This document shows positions 16,221 through 24,650 of a stretch of DNA of 62,937 nucleotides, piece after piece (within the stretch, counting starts at the first letter, position 1; every line of letters starts with the position of its first letter). This stretch comes from a virus (taxonomy: Duplodnaviria; Caudoviricetes): positions 1-62,937 of IMG/VR virus record IMGVR_UViG_3300031774_000009; one strand, 5' to 3'. Under the pieces are notes generated by a model. The model did no database searches. It had not been told where the DNA came from and saw nothing but the letters and a program-made list of their open reading frames with translations. The position numbers and the translations under genes are program-made.

Positions 16221-16403
16221 GTGCGTTCTTCTTCAATGAAACAAAAATTCCATGAAGTCCATATTTTAAGTAACCAGTTGATTTCTCAACTGCTCTATTG
16301 CAATAGCAAATTAAACGAGGCTGAATTTCAAAAGGTTTCTGATGAAATTTTGAATCTTTTAGAAACTTACAAACAAAAGGTAAATAAATTGAAACAACTT
16401 TAA
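16221..16403 (+). CDS. small hypothetical protein
   Basis: short helical ORF. Confidence 0.4.
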   Translation: MRSSSMKQKFHEVHILSNQLISQLLYCNSKLNEAEFQKVSDEILNLLETYKQKVNKLKQL

Positions 16404-16477
16404 TTTATTTTGTTTTTTTAGATTGGGTGCATTCACCCTGACAGGTGTCATCAAAACACTCTTTATTGGTGCACATT

Positions 16478-16672
16478 TTATTCAGACTTCGGCACAAGCC
16501 CGATGCCGCTACCATTTAAAGTAAAGCCACAAGCGATGCTAAAATTTTCCACACCCCCAAGGATTTGCTCTAATGTGAGATCTTCCCCGAGACAGTTTGT
16601 GGTGATATTTTCGACGAATTGTCCGGTGTAATCTACATCCTCATCACGATTAAAAAGATAATTATATTTCAT
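16478..16672 (-). CDS. hypothetical protein
   Basis: 64-aa ORF coupled to the upstream gene. Confidence 0.55.
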   Translation of the reverse strand: MKYNYLFNRDEDVDYTGQFVENITTNCLGEDLTLEQILGGVENFSIACGFTLNGSGIGLVPKSE

Positions 16673-16944
16673 TTATTATTATTAAGTAATTCTGTTATTT
16701 TTTCTACAGCTTTTTCTTTTACGTTGTCCGCTGCTTTATCAACGACCGTCTCTACGGATTTTTCAATCGCAGTATTCACTACTTTTTCTTTTAAGGAATC
16801 CTTTTTTTCTTGAACTTTTTCTCCAAAAATAAAGGCCACCGCGATCGCAGTCGCTATAATAATGATAATTAAGGTGACTCTTTTTTTAAAAGTTGTGTTT
16901 TTTTGTGCCTGTTCTTTTCTGAGCTTATTTTTTCTTTTTTTCAT
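16669..16944 (-). CDS. single-TM membrane protein
   Basis: basic N-terminus, TM helix, helical C-terminus. Confidence 0.6.
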   Translation of the reverse strand: MKKRKNKLRKEQAQKNTTFKKRVTLIIIIIATAIAVAFIFGEKVQEKKDSLKEKVVNTAIEKSVETVVDKAADNVKEKAVEKITELLNNNK

Positions 16945-17360
16945 TTTTTGGTAAAATCTGGGTCTCCACCTTTAGGTAAATATGCTGCCCCTCCATTTAA
17001 AGGGAGGGTTTTTTCAATGGTTAGTTCTTTCAATTGTTCGTTAGGTACAACCATCTTACTTTTACGATCGGTCATATAAAATGTAGTGCTTGTAATCCCC
17101 ACGCGAACAATGCGGGCTTGTCGTCCTGAAATATAGATTATATCGTCATTATTAAAGTGCGAACCATAAAAGACCATAATTCCTTTAGCGAAATTCATCA
17201 TTACATCTTTAATAAGGATAACCGCCACTCCTGCGAAGAAGAACCAACCATATTGCGAGAATAAATTTTGAGCCACATCTTCAAGTTGATTAGTCTCAAG
17301 TCCAGATAATTGATTGACCAAATTCGTGCTGTTTAATAAATTGGTTATGCTATCCGTCAT
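16941..17360 (-). CDS. MscS-like (small mechanosensitive channel) domain protein, short form
   Basis: TM + IKDVMMNFAKGI...DDIIYISGRQARIVRVGITST...MVVPNEQL. Confidence 0.65.
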   Translation of the reverse strand: MTDSITNLLNSTNLVNQLSGLETNQLEDVAQNLFSQYGWFFFAGVAVILIKDVMMNFAKGIMVFYGSHFNNDDIIYISGRQARIVRVGITSTTFYMTDRKSKMVVPNEQLKELTIEKTLPLNGGAAYLPKGGDPDFTKK

Positions 17361-17545
17361 TTACTTTTATTCATTGGCATCAATTGTGGCCAAGATGGTA
17401 GAGGTGCGACGCTCTCGTTTTGTTGGGGCTGTGGTGCTTCATAATATTCTAATTCAATTCCAGTCAGACTTATATCCACTTCTTTTAGGTTGGCGCATCC
17501 GCTGAGTAGGATTATCAAAATTAAATATTTTAAAAAAACTTTCAC
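17357..17545 (-). CDS. putative lipoprotein
   Basis: LIILLSGC lipobox; Pro-rich tail. Confidence 0.55.
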   Translation of the reverse strand: MKVFLKYLILIILLSGCANLKEVDISLTGIELEYYEAPQPQQNESVAPLPSWPQLMPMNKSK

Positions 17546-17660
17546 AATAAGTTTTACACTTACTGCGGATTATTTACCTAAAAATATTTTACGCTGGGGG
17601 ATATTTCCCTAAAAAAAATAGAGAGTTTTCAAAAACCCCTTTAAAAATAAAAAAAAGTTC

Positions 17661-17676
17661 TGGCATAGAACTTGCA
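17661..17676 (+). promoter_or_regulatory. sigma54 (-24/-12) promoter
   Basis: TGGCATAGAACTTGCA matches TGGCAC-N5-TTGCW with GG-N10-GC spacing, 14 nt before the ATG. Confidence 0.6.
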
Positions 17677-17689
17677 GTGTATATATTAT

Positions 17690-18211
17690 ATGTCTATGAA
17701 ATATTTATTAAAAATTGGATTAATAGCTGCCATGGCAGTTTCATTAACGACAGTGCAGGCTGGCCCAGATAGAGATAAAGAAAAGCCCGAAAAGCCGCGC
17801 CCTGAGAAAAAAATCGATAGAGAAAAAATCAAAGAACGCTTAAAAGCCGCATTTGAAAAACGGAAAAAGAATCATAAAGACTCTAAAAAGAAAGGTTACA
17901 AGTTACAACATAAAGGTAGAGCTTTTGGGAAATTAGTTAGAGATGATGAAAAAATCAAAGAGTTAAGAGAAGCTTTTAGCGCTGCCGCCAAAGCGCATCA
18001 CTCTCAAGTAAAAGATTTACATAAGCAACTAAAAGATGCGGCGGATGCCGAAAAAGATGGCTTAAGAAATCAACTCAAATCTTTACGCAAAGATTGGGTT
18101 GAGGGAATGAAAGGTAACCGCGAAGAGGTTAGAGAACGTCTTAAAGACATCCGGAATGAGTTTAAAAATAAACGCGACGAAGTGATTGATGGTAATCAGC
18201 CGGAGGAATAA
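17690..18211 (+). CDS. secreted highly charged helical protein (Spy/CpxP-like character)
   Basis: signal peptide ending VQA-G; Lys/Glu/Arg-rich helices. Confidence 0.65.
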   Translation: MSMKYLLKIGLIAAMAVSLTTVQAGPDRDKEKPEKPRPEKKIDREKIKERLKAAFEKRKKNHKDSKKKGYKLQHKGRAFGKLVRDDEKIKELREAFSAAAKAHHSQVKDLHKQLKDAADAEKDGLRNQLKSLRKDWVEGMKGNREEVRERLKDIRNEFKNKRDEVIDGNQPEE

Positions 18212-18214
18212 TTT

Positions 18215-18694
18215 ATGAATAAATACATTAAGTTTATTATAATCGCAGCATTGTTAGCTTGTGGCGCTAACACACTTTACGCTGAGTCAAGCCCCAAAAC
18301 AAATAAGGTTGCCAAAGCTGGTATCAAGAAAAGCCCTCACGCAGCCCGTCCAGCACACAAAAATTCGGAGGCGAGAAAGAAGTATGTCGCCGCTGCTAAA
18401 AAAATTAGAGAAGCAGTTAAAGCTGGAAAGCTTACTGAAGCTCAAGCAAAAGTAAAGTATGCGGCGTTGAGAAAGAAAATAGCCCCTTCTAGATCATCAT
18501 CTAAAGAAGCCCTTCTCAAGAGATTCGATAAAAACAAAGACGGCAAGCTTTGTGATAACGAAAAAGCAGCGATGAAAAAAGCGATCGCTGAAAGAAAGAA
18601 AAAGGATGCTAAAAGGGGCGGTAAGTCGCGTCGCGAGAGAGGGGGAAAACCTCATCGTGGAGGAGACAGGAAAAAAAGGCCAGCGCGCAAATAA
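18215..18694 (+). CDS. secreted basic protein with EF-hand-like motif
   Basis: signal peptide; IREAVKAGKLTEAQAK and LLKRFDKNKDGKLCDNEK. Confidence 0.65.
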   Translation: MNKYIKFIIIAALLACGANTLYAESSPKTNKVAKAGIKKSPHAARPAHKNSEARKKYVAAAKKIREAVKAGKLTEAQAKVKYAALRKKIAPSRSSSKEALLKRFDKNKDGKLCDNEKAAMKKAIAERKKKDAKRGGKSRRERGGKPHRGGDRKKRPARK

Positions 18695-18715
18695 AAAAGT
18701 TGAAAGCCCAGTAAC

Positions 18716-18747
18716 AAAAAAGCCCCGCTCCAAAAAGCGGGGCTTTT
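18716..18747. terminator. bidirectional rho-independent terminator
   Basis: AAAAAAGCCCCGCT-loop-AGCGGGGCTTTT between convergent genes. Confidence 0.85.
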
Positions 18748-18761
18748 ACTTTTAGAATCAC

Positions 18762-19217
18762 TTACATATCATGGGGGTCAACTCCCGGTACGGTTTCCTG
18801 TGCATCACCAGAACCAGACAGATAAGGGTAAGGAAAATCAGTCCAGCTAATAGGGGTATGAAGCGCCCCTGAAATACTTTCTTCTAAATGGTGACACCAG
18901 CACAAACCGGAAGCATATTCATTAGCTAATCCACTGATGTTGTCACTTACATAGTCTGGAGTATAACAAATAGCGTAACCAGACGCTCCAGTTTGACCGC
19001 TTGCAGGATAATCTGGGATAGGGTCAGTCCAACCCATAAATCCAGTTGTTCCATCAATATAGGAGCCCTGAACTACTGGCAGGTCATTTTGATCAACTCC
19101 CGAAAATACGCAGTTCATTCCTACTACTAATGATTGACATCCTGTTTTTAAGGAGTTGTCATACATCGGATCTAGCCGTGAAAAATTAAATGTATAGGTT
19201 CCTGATATGTGGCTCAT
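18762..19217 (-). CDS. Ser/Thr-Gly-rich hypothetical (possibly virion) protein
   Basis: 151 aa with 12 SG/TG dipeptides. Confidence 0.65.
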   Translation of the reverse strand: MSHISGTYTFNFSRLDPMYDNSLKTGCQSLVVGMNCVFSGVDQNDLPVVQGSYIDGTTGFMGWTDPIPDYPASGQTGASGYAICYTPDYVSDNISGLANEYASGLCWCHHLEESISGALHTPISWTDFPYPYLSGSGDAQETVPGVDPHDM

Positions 19218-19248
19218 CTTATTATAATATGTTTAAATTTATTTTTAT

Positions 19249-19590
19249 CTAGTTTCGAGAGATATTATTATTTTTTTTGTCTCTTGCCGCTGTAGTGCGA
19301 GAGGCTTGTGCATTATGTTTAGCTACCTCTAACTCTAGCAATCGAATTCTTTCTGTGACTCTCCGAAGATCCGTAGTATTGCCGGTAATAGCTTGTTGAA
19401 GTACGGTCATTTCCGTAATTTTCTTATCCATTTGGATTAATTGGTTTTGAATTTCTTTGAATTCATCCTTGCTAGGAAAGAGCGTTTGTAAATACGCTAA
19501 TAAAGTCAAACCAAGAATGGGAGCTATTTTAAGAAATGTATCTAAATCTCCAAATTTCACTCTTTTGCTTTCTTGACCTTCTTTTGACAT
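19249..19590 (-). CDS. membrane-anchored coiled-coil protein
   Basis: hydrophobic segment then coiled coil; GTGTAA 10 nt upstream. Confidence 0.6.
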   Translation of the reverse strand: MSKEGQESKRVKFGDLDTFLKIAPILGLTLLAYLQTLFPSKDEFKEIQNQLIQMDKKITEMTVLQQAITGNTTDLRRVTERIRLLELEVAKHNAQASRTTAARDKKNNNISRN

Positions 19591-19640
19591 TAGTAATAGG
19601 TTACACTTTTTTTTAAAATCTCTCTTTATTTATTTTTAAA

Positions 19641-20747
19641 TTATTTAACCACAAACTTACATTTATTGAAAATTGCCCCCAACCCATGGTCCCCAACATG
19701 AATCAAGTGAATAAAGTATTTTTCATACATTTCAGCCACTATATCAATAGTAAAATTTTGCTGTGCGTATTCTCGACAAAACTTAGGTTGTATGGTATCT
19801 ATTATACCTAAAGCATGATAAAATTCATTTAATGATTTACAGCGAAATCCAGTCTTTCCATGAATATTATATTCTGACAATCCGCCCCAATCAGTAGATA
19901 AAACGGGAGTTCCAGATATAAAAGCCTCTAACATCGTCCATCCACAAGGCTCCGGAAAAAGAGATGGCATCACCAAAGCTTTAGCCTTACTCAAGAGTTC
20001 TTTACGTTCTTCAAAGCTAACTGTAGGAATATATTCCGCTAATGAATTAGTTTTCAAAAGGTTGTTTTGTAAATTTTGAGGGCCTACAAATTTTATAGGA
20101 ATTTGTGAGGCTTGGGACAAGTTTTGAGCGATGGATATACCCTTATTGTCTATCATGCGACCTAAAAATAAAAGATAGTTTTCTTTTTTTTCTTCGTAAT
20201 TAAAATCTTCAAAATAGAATCCGGGTCTAATTACATGGTCTGTGAAAGAGGGTAAACCGCTTTCACCATACATTTTATGATGAAGCTTATGTAATTGAGC
20301 ATAAGATTCAAATACTTTAAATGGGGCAAAAGAAGAGTCATATCCAATGCTAGGCTCTACAATTTTAAATTCTCCGTTAAGTTCTTGACAGCATGAAGCA
20401 TGTCCAAAACCCCAAAAGGCTAACACGAAATCATGTTTACTTTGTTTATTTTTTTTAATTAAGGCTGCGGCATTTTTGTTAAATTCCCTATGAACATCAT
20501 TATTGACGTCTTGAGAGAGAAATTCTTTCCAAGATTTTTTTTGATAAACTTTATTATAAGTGTTTCGGGAAACTACATCAAAGTGCTGTGTACACGCTAC
20601 GTCTGAATCGGGATGGCCATAATGAAAAACTGTATGGCCTCGCTGAGTCATAACTTTACAAAACTTATAAACTTTTTGGGTAAAAGCACATAAGGTTATT
20701 TCTTTTCGCGTCGGATAGACAGGAACTGATAAAACATGAAAAATCAT
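19641..20747 (-). CDS. GT-B glycosyltransferase (family 4-like)
   Basis: YLLFLGRMIDNKG...LVMPSLFPEPCGWTMLEAFISGTPVLSTDWGGLSE; start moved to ATG 20747. Confidence 0.9.
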   Translation of the reverse strand: MIFHVLSVPVYPTRKEITLCAFTQKVYKFCKVMTQRGHTVFHYGHPDSDVACTQHFDVVSRNTYNKVYQKKSWKEFLSQDVNNDVHREFNKNAAALIKKNKQSKHDFVLAFWGFGHASCCQELNGEFKIVEPSIGYDSSFAPFKVFESYAQLHKLHHKMYGESGLPSFTDHVIRPGFYFEDFNYEEKKENYLLFLGRMIDNKGISIAQNLSQASQIPIKFVGPQNLQNNLLKTNSLAEYIPTVSFEERKELLSKAKALVMPSLFPEPCGWTMLEAFISGTPVLSTDWGGLSEYNIHGKTGFRCKSLNEFYHALGIIDTIQPKFCREYAQQNFTIDIVAEMYEKYFIHLIHVGDHGLGAIFNKCKFVVK

Positions 20748-20798
20748 ATTTGATTTAAATAATACAGGGAAAATCACCCAAGTCAAGTGTAATATTTA

Positions 20799-21524
20799 AT
20801 GATGAGTAGACGGAAGAAGTCCACGGCGTCGGAAAAGATAATACCTCTTGCGGAAAATAAATATAAGCTTTATCTGAAGAATTTTGACTTAACTGCAAAA
20901 CAACACGAATTTTTAAAAATAGCTTTCGATAAAAATACGAAAATTGTTTTTGTTTCAGGGCCAGCAGGCTCTTCGAAAACTTTTATTTCAATTTATGCTG
21001 CACTTCAGCTATTCAATATGAATATGAATCAAGATTTGTTTTATGTTCGTACTATAGCAGAAAGCGGTGAGAGAAATTTAGGAAGTTTACCGGGAGATGT
21101 AGATGAGAAATTTCATCCTTTTATGATGCCCCTGCAAGATAAGCTATGCGAACTATTATCTAAAGATCAAATCAAAATGCTAATAGACGAAAAAATCATA
21201 CAATGTGCTCCTATCAACTATTTGCGCGGAGCGAGTTGGGATAATAAGTTAATCATAGCCGATGAGTCTCAAAACTTCACCAGAAAGGAATTGGTGACGC
21301 TAGTTACGCGAATTGGTACTAATTCTAAATATTTTATATGTGGAGATCCAATGCAGTCCGATATTAACGGCAAAACAGGTTTTGCGCCTGTAATGGAGAT
21401 TTTTGACGATAATGAGTGTAAAGAAAAAGGTATACATACTTTTCGTTTCACAGAAGAAGATATCTTGAGAAGCGAAATTTTAAAATTTATAGTGAATAAA
21501 CTAGAAAATAACCCTATAAAATAA
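20799..21524 (+). CDS. phoH: PhoH-family ATPase
   Basis: SGPAGSSKT Walker A, LGSLPGD, YLRGAS, IIADESQN, GDPMQSD. Confidence 0.92.
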   Translation: MMSRRKKSTASEKIIPLAENKYKLYLKNFDLTAKQHEFLKIAFDKNTKIVFVSGPAGSSKTFISIYAALQLFNMNMNQDLFYVRTIAESGERNLGSLPGDVDEKFHPFMMPLQDKLCELLSKDQIKMLIDEKIIQCAPINYLRGASWDNKLIIADESQNFTRKELVTLVTRIGTNSKYFICGDPMQSDINGKTGFAPVMEIFDDNECKEKGIHTFRFTEEDILRSEILKFIVNKLENNPIK

Positions 21525-21534
21525 ATTATAAAAA

Positions 21535-21933
21535 ATGGCTAGTATATTTTGTCCTGAGTGTGGAGCCAAAAATGGTTACACTTTAAAGAAGCCCAACTTC
21601 TGCCAAAGCTGTGGGGAAACATTTGCGGCGTTTGGGATGTCCAGCGCTTCTGTGTCTGATCCTAGCCTGAAGGCAGCGAATGGAAAAAATGATGATGGGG
21701 GGATTCCAAATATATCTAAATTAGAATATGATATAGATATGCCCGCCTCCAAGGTGACGCTCGAGTCTCTAGTTAATAATCCTTTAGATCCTAATGAAAT
21801 CAAATATAATGCTAAAGCGAAAGAAGGATATAAAAAGATGACTACAGAGGAGTTTGCCAAAATTTCCCAAGCTGAATGCGGGTCCTCCCGAGGAAAGTTT
21901 GATGAGATAGGCGGCGGTGGTGGCGAAGGATAA
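21535..21933 (+). CDS. zinc-ribbon protein
   Basis: FCPECGAK...PNFCQSCG. Confidence 0.75.
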   Translation: MASIFCPECGAKNGYTLKKPNFCQSCGETFAAFGMSSASVSDPSLKAANGKNDDGGIPNISKLEYDIDMPASKVTLESLVNNPLDPNEIKYNAKAKEGYKKMTTEEFAKISQAECGSSRGKFDEIGGGGGEG

Positions 21934-22636
21934 AAAACAAACATACGAAGATAAATTTGAGATTGTAGATAACGAAATAAGGAAGCGATACTATAAGTGG
22001 CATTTACATGCCCTAGCATGGCTAGACTTTGATGACGTATCACAAATTATTCGTACTCATATTTATAATAAGTGGGAGCAGTGGGATCAATCTCGCCCCA
22101 TAGAGCCGTGGGTAAATAAGATTATATCCAACCAGCTTAAAAATATTCTTCGTAACAATTATTCTAATTTTGCGCGACCATGCATTAGTTGTAAGCATAA
22201 TCAATCTAAAGAGCAAGCAAGTGGTCAAATTTCCAATCTCTGCTCCCTTACTGCTAGCGGTTTACAATCAGACGAATGTCCGGACTTTGCCAAATGGTAC
22301 AAGACTCGGAAGCAAGCTTATGATATTAAAATTCCAGTTTCTTTAGAGACTAATCCTTTCGATCGTTACACCCTTCCTGAAGATCACTATAGCATAGGAG
22401 GGGCCGTTATCTCATTACATTTATCAATGAGACAATATTTAAATGATCGTCATTATATTATCTATAAAATGTTATTTATTGATCATATAGATGAAGAGTT
22501 AGTAGCTAAAGTTCTGGGTTACAAAAGTAACGAAAAAGGACGTAAGGCGGGCTACAAGCAAATAAAGAACTTAAAAAATTTTTATAAAAAGATCGCTAAG
22601 AAAATATGCGACGAAACTGATATATTTTTCGAATGA
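21917..22636 (+). CDS. phage-encoded RNA polymerase sigma factor-like protein
   Basis: region-2-like FDDVSQIIRTHIYNKWEQWDQSRPIEPWVNKIISNQLKNILR and region-4-like EELVAKVLGY; Cys-rich insert. Confidence 0.7.
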   Translation: MVAKDKKQTYEDKFEIVDNEIRKRYYKWHLHALAWLDFDDVSQIIRTHIYNKWEQWDQSRPIEPWVNKIISNQLKNILRNNYSNFARPCISCKHNQSKEQASGQISNLCSLTASGLQSDECPDFAKWYKTRKQAYDIKIPVSLETNPFDRYTLPEDHYSIGGAVISLHLSMRQYLNDRHYIIYKMLFIDHIDEELVAKVLGYKSNEKGRKAGYKQIKNLKNFYKKIAKKICDETDIFFE

Positions 22637-23703
22637 AAGAATACGTTTTAACAAAAGAAGAAAAAGAAAAGAGTTTAAAACTTTTCGAAGAATTGGATGG
22701 CGATTTAAGTGAATGCACTAAAAAGTTATTTGATGATCCCAATGAAAAAGGCAGCACAGTGCGAGGGAGAGCCTTAAGAAAATATTGGGTAGATAAAGGT
22801 TTAAGTTATCGTACCAAAGTAAAAAAAAGAGTAGTAAAGCATTTTCTAATAGAGAACGAAAAAGCTTTTATACATAATCATTATGGGCCAGAAATGACCA
22901 AGCTTGAAGTTGGTCAACTGTTATGGCCTGAGGAATCCAAAAAGAAAGGATTTGCGGAGAGTGAAAAATTTATTGCCTTATGCGAATATATTAGTAATGA
23001 ATTCCCTTCGGTTACCAGTACTCGAGATGATGCGGCTGGAGAAAAATATACCCCTCCCCATATTCTTACCACCGCGGTAAAAAGATTAAATAAAGTTGCC
23101 GCCAAAGAATTTGATATAAATAAAATAAATCTGCAAGACAAAAAATGCATAGAAAAATTAATTACATATTTGCAAGGTCCTAGATTTTTGCAAGTTATTA
23201 ATTCTTATATAACCAAACAAAGCCGAGAACTTTTTGAAGCAGAATATATTCGTAGTACATGGGATAAACCTGATTTAACTTCTGATGAGTTAAATTTGTA
23301 TGTTAATGTTTGCATGGATTATGTAAATCTTAAAGAGATAGAGCAACATAAACAAAAATTAAATTTAATGTTTGATGACGCTGAAGGGCAAAATGAATTA
23401 ACCATGAGGCTGACAGAAATGCTTAAAACAAAAGCGGAAGAATACAATCAATGCATTAATCGTATTGATAAAATGTTAGCTAAACTTAATGGCGAAAGAG
23501 CTAAAAGGGTAGCAAATCAACAGCAGCGAAATGCCTCTATCATTTCGTTGGTGCAACTTTTTCAAGATGAAGAAGAGCGAAAGTTAATGATTAAGATGGC
23601 TGAAATGCAAAAACAAGTTGTTAGAAAAGAGGCCGATGAAGTAGAGAAAATGTCAGATTGGAAAGCGCGAGTATTAGGCATTAGTAAAGAGGATGCTATT
23701 TAA
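22633..23703 (+). CDS. helical/coiled-coil protein in the packaging operon (possible terminase small subunit)
   Basis: position two genes upstream of TerL; long C-terminal coiled coil; function inferred from synteny only. Confidence 0.45.
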   Translation: MKEYVLTKEEKEKSLKLFEELDGDLSECTKKLFDDPNEKGSTVRGRALRKYWVDKGLSYRTKVKKRVVKHFLIENEKAFIHNHYGPEMTKLEVGQLLWPEESKKKGFAESEKFIALCEYISNEFPSVTSTRDDAAGEKYTPPHILTTAVKRLNKVAAKEFDINKINLQDKKCIEKLITYLQGPRFLQVINSYITKQSRELFEAEYIRSTWDKPDLTSDELNLYVNVCMDYVNLKEIEQHKQKLNLMFDDAEGQNELTMRLTEMLKTKAEEYNQCINRIDKMLAKLNGERAKRVANQQQRNASIISLVQLFQDEEERKLMIKMAEMQKQVVRKEADEVEKMSDWKARVLGISKEDAI

Positions 23704-24650
23704 TGGAAAGAATATGTACTAAAATTTTCCCTTGTGCCGAATGTAAAAAAGAATTTACTAGCCGAGCATCTTTGCATAAACATATTAAACAGCATGATTT
23801 AAATTTAGCCTCTTATTACACTAAATACTTTCCGCGTACTAATAAACTAACCGGTGACCCATTACCCTTCAAAAGGTTTGATGAATACTTTGAAAGAGAC
23901 TTCTCCACAAAGCAACAATTATTAAAATGGTGCAAAGAGAGCCCTCAGGAGGAAGTTAAAAACTATGCTCTTTCATTATTAGAAAAACGGCATTTTAAAA
24001 AACAGAGAAAGTATGGTCCGTTTCATTTGGAAACAAAAAATTCTTTTCTTCCTTCTGTTTCCATCTATAGAAAATTATGGGGTAGTTACAATGCCGCTTG
24101 TGAAGAAATAGGTTGCGAGCCACTGTATAACAAAAATTTACCGCGTAACTTTTTTACTTTTCCGTTGCCTACAGACTTAACTGTCGCTATAGATACAAGA
24201 GAACAGAAGCCTTTGAATTTTGAAGGGTGTACCAATGAAATCCTTAAGCTCGATATAGGAGATTACACAGTCTTAGGGGATCATTATAGTTATACTTTTG
24301 TAGATCGAAAATCTGGAAATGACTTACAAGGAACCCTTGGTAAAAATAATATTGAAAGATTTAGGAGAGAGATTTTTCGGGCGCAAGAAATGGACGCTTA
24401 CTTATTTGTAGTGATTGAATCTAGCGTCGAAAAAATAATTAAAGAAAATAAAATTTTTAATCGACGGTCTAATATTGATTATACCTTACGGCAAATAAAA
24501 GACATTTGTCATGATTATCCGCGAGCATGTCAATTTATTTTTGTAGAGGACAGAAAAAATGCATCCTACATTATACCGCGGCTTTTATTATCTGGTAAAA
24601 ATATTTGGCGAACTGACATGCAATATTTTTGGGACACACGAGAACAATGA
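23703..24650 (+). CDS. C2H2 zinc finger + ERCC4/XPF-type nuclease
   Basis: CAECKKEF...LHKHIKQH; IDTREQKP...LDIGDY...VDRKS..DL...FVVIE. Confidence 0.75.
   Translation: MERICTKIFPCAECKKEFTSRASLHKHIKQHDLNLASYYTKYFPRTNKLTGDPLPFKRFDEYFERDFSTKQQLLKWCKESPQEEVKNYALSLLEKRHFKKQRKYGPFHLETKNSFLPSVSIYRKLWGSYNAACEEIGCEPLYNKNLPRNFFTFPLPTDLTVAIDTREQKPLNFEGCTNEILKLDIGDYTVLGDHYSYTFVDRKSGNDLQGTLGKNNIERFRREIFRAQEMDAYLFVVIESSVEKIIKENKIFNRRSNIDYTLRQIKDICHDYPRACQFIFVEDRKNASYIIPRLLLSGKNIWRTDMQYFWDTREQ

Noticed and set aside
16424-16475. small hairpins GGGTG/CACCC and TGACA/TGTCA as an RNA gene
   Set aside because: Short stems between convergent genes, better explained as a weak terminator region
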